Assembly (NCBI RefSeq): GCF_018977255.1
Contig: NW_024704743.1
Coordinates: 79,610,001 to 79,674,000, forward strand
Direction of reading: 5' to 3'
DNA: 64,000 nt
Source of the DNA: Callorhinchus milii
Lineage: Eukaryota
Both the position numbers and the translations under genes were made by a program. A model generated the notes under the pieces. The model searched no databases. It was not told the DNA's origin and saw only the letters and a list, made by a program, of their open reading frames with translations. How positions within the stretch are numbered: the stretch's first letter is position 1; each line of letters starts with the position of its first letter. Positions 62,304 to 64,000 of the stretch are shown piece by piece.

Positions 62304-62459
62304 TGTATATACTGTATCAGTAACTGCAAGTGAGTCAGTGTTGACCTTGGGTGGCCCTGACCTTATAATACTCACATGTAGAGTAATGTATATACGGCAT
62401 CAGTTACTGCAGGTAAGTCAGTGCAATATAGAAGGTAGAGCTTGGGTGACCCTGACCTG
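62304..62459 (+). repeat. Imperfect tandem duplication containing TGACCT half-sites
   Basis: tgtatatactgtatcagtaactgcaagtgagtcagtg..cttgggtggccctgacct / tgtatatacggcatcagttactgcaggtaagtcagtg..cttgggtgaccctgacct. Confidence 0.8.
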
Positions 62460-62799
62460 ATAATCCACAGGTAACAAGGTCACATTTCGGATAGTCTTAA
62501 AAACAGATTTATTGTGTGAATTGTGACCATCACATGTCGGAAGCAGTTGGATTTGCGAGATTTGGAAAATGGCTAGTTGTAAACCCCAAAAGCCAAGAGA
62601 ATCCGAAAAAAAATGTACTGATCGGACAACGAGCACATTGGGTTTGAAAATAAAACACGAGTTTACAAGACGATTCACAAACAACAACTCTGAGTTGCAA
62701 ATAGAGGATCCTACTGGTCACTGGCAGTAAGTCATGGGAGACTTGCCTCATCTTCTAACAGTGACTTGCAGCTGGCCTCCAGCAAATCTGCTGTGATGC

Positions 62800-63062
62800 A
62801 ATAATAATAATCCTTACATTTAATACTGTGCCTTTCATGTCAGGAGGATGGATGTCTCAAAGTCTCAAATCCTTCATAGGATTTATTGTGAACTGTAAGA
62901 TGAAAGCAGTGGTTAATTTGCTTACAGTAATGTTTCACAAACAGCCATGAAGTGAATGACCAATTTTATTTGGGGGATTTTTGACTAGAATACTGAGAGA
63001 ATAGTGTCATGTTCACCTGAACAGGCAGACAGGACCTTGGTTTAACATCTCATCTGAAGGAC
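62800..63062 (-). mobile_element. Older Deu SINE
   Basis: cacaaacagccatgaagtgaatgaccaatttt..cacctgaacaggcagacaggaccttggtttaacatctcatctgaagga. Confidence 0.85.
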
Positions 63063-63178
63063 ATGTTGATAGTTACTGGCAAAAGCACCTGTTAAATGAG
63101 CCTACTTCGTTATTAGTAAAACACATTTCCGACTCCTGACGAGAAATTTCTCCTGGGTTTAAATTTACTCTATTTATG

Positions 63179-63335
63179 TAGTGTTTTAGAGCATCCAGAA
63201 TTCCACAAATTGTTGCATTCAATCTTATCTTTAAAGTCAGTTTCTCCAGTTCTTAAAAGAAACTAAGGCAAAATTCACTTCAAGATTAAAACTGTATTTA
63301 AGAATTTGTTAAATTCTGGAATCTCTGAAATACTA
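63179..63335. mobile_element. Hairpin MITE-like element (family M2)
   Basis: ~58-bp imperfect inverted arms (agtgttttagagcatccagaattccacaaatt / aatttgttaaattctggaatctctgaaatact); a second copy at 47548-47566 plus 48085-48200. Confidence 0.65.
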
Positions 63336-64000
63336 TACAAGCAGAGAAAATCTAAATCCAGATGAAATTTGTTCCCCATTCTATTTGTAGATCCCCCTTG
63401 CACTGAAAAAGCTGTGATTCTGCTTCTGTGAATTATTAACTAATGGCCACCATGTAGAAGTAGCAAACTGCACCTCATGGTTTCAGCCTGAACTGTTATA
63501 TCAAAATAATAGCATATGGCACAAAGTTGTGTGTGTGTTGGAGGGGGGTGGGGTGTAGTGAAATCAGCTTAAATTAGTAACATAGGCTGAAGCGTTTTCA
63601 GACACATTACGTATGTCATCAATAGTTGCTAATTTAAGCCAGCGGTATCTGGCTCCCTTTTAAATATTTCATTGTAAAACATTCCCTCACCATTCCAGTG
63701 ATGAGCCTGTGTACTATGTGGTTTACACAGAGCTCATCTTCATTTTTTTTCCTCGAAGACTGTCACCATTGTTCCTTCTTGTTGAGGGATCGAGATAACC
63801 GAGGACAATAATTTCCTGTTCTAAAACGTCGTGCTTTTTGAAATTAGATGCCAAAAGCACTCAAATTTCTGAATCTCTGATTTTGGTTTCCTGCAATGGC
63901 TTCAGGCCCGGAACCAGAACATTTGGCACAGGAAACTTCTCATAAAACGTGTCATCCAGGGATGTGAACTGAATGCACTCGTGCAGTATTCACCCCTTTC

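Noticed and set aside
62400..62420. Consensus splice donor CAG|GTAAGT
   Set aside because: No supporting acceptor or reading frame upstream; it lies in a local duplication
63745..63812. Eulor/Crypton-like hairpin (tcctcg..cgagga)
   Set aside because: Pairing is too short and interrupted to support by eye

Overview
Vertebrate, repeat-rich, apparently non-coding DNA (intergenic or intronic). The repeat families point to a cartilaginous fish, most likely a chimaera such as Callorhinchus milii; this is inferred from memory of the families, not from a search. I found no convincing host gene exon, tRNA or rRNA gene, or CRISPR array. The longer ORFs are mostly retroposon debris and the rest match nothing I recognise. 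The window is dominated by (i) 5'-truncated L2 LINEs with at least two 3'-tail variants, (ii) a young tRNA-Ala-headed SINE with CORE-like, Deu-domain and L2-tail modules, in long and internally deleted forms, (iii) older Deu-domain SINEs, AmnSINE2-like SINEs and one LF-SINE-like copy, (iv) CR1/L3 fragments and (v) palindromic MITE-like relics. The most notable observations are: six fragments of a non-LTR retroposon family with a frameshifted CCHC zinc knuckle (RTEX/I-like), a defined 3' end and TSDs; a Penelope-type repeat carrying a complete minimal hammerhead ribozyme core (56460-56494, minus); covarying 3' stem-loops shared by L2 and SINE tails; and several local duplications and hairpins. 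Repeat boundaries were read by eye and are approximate.
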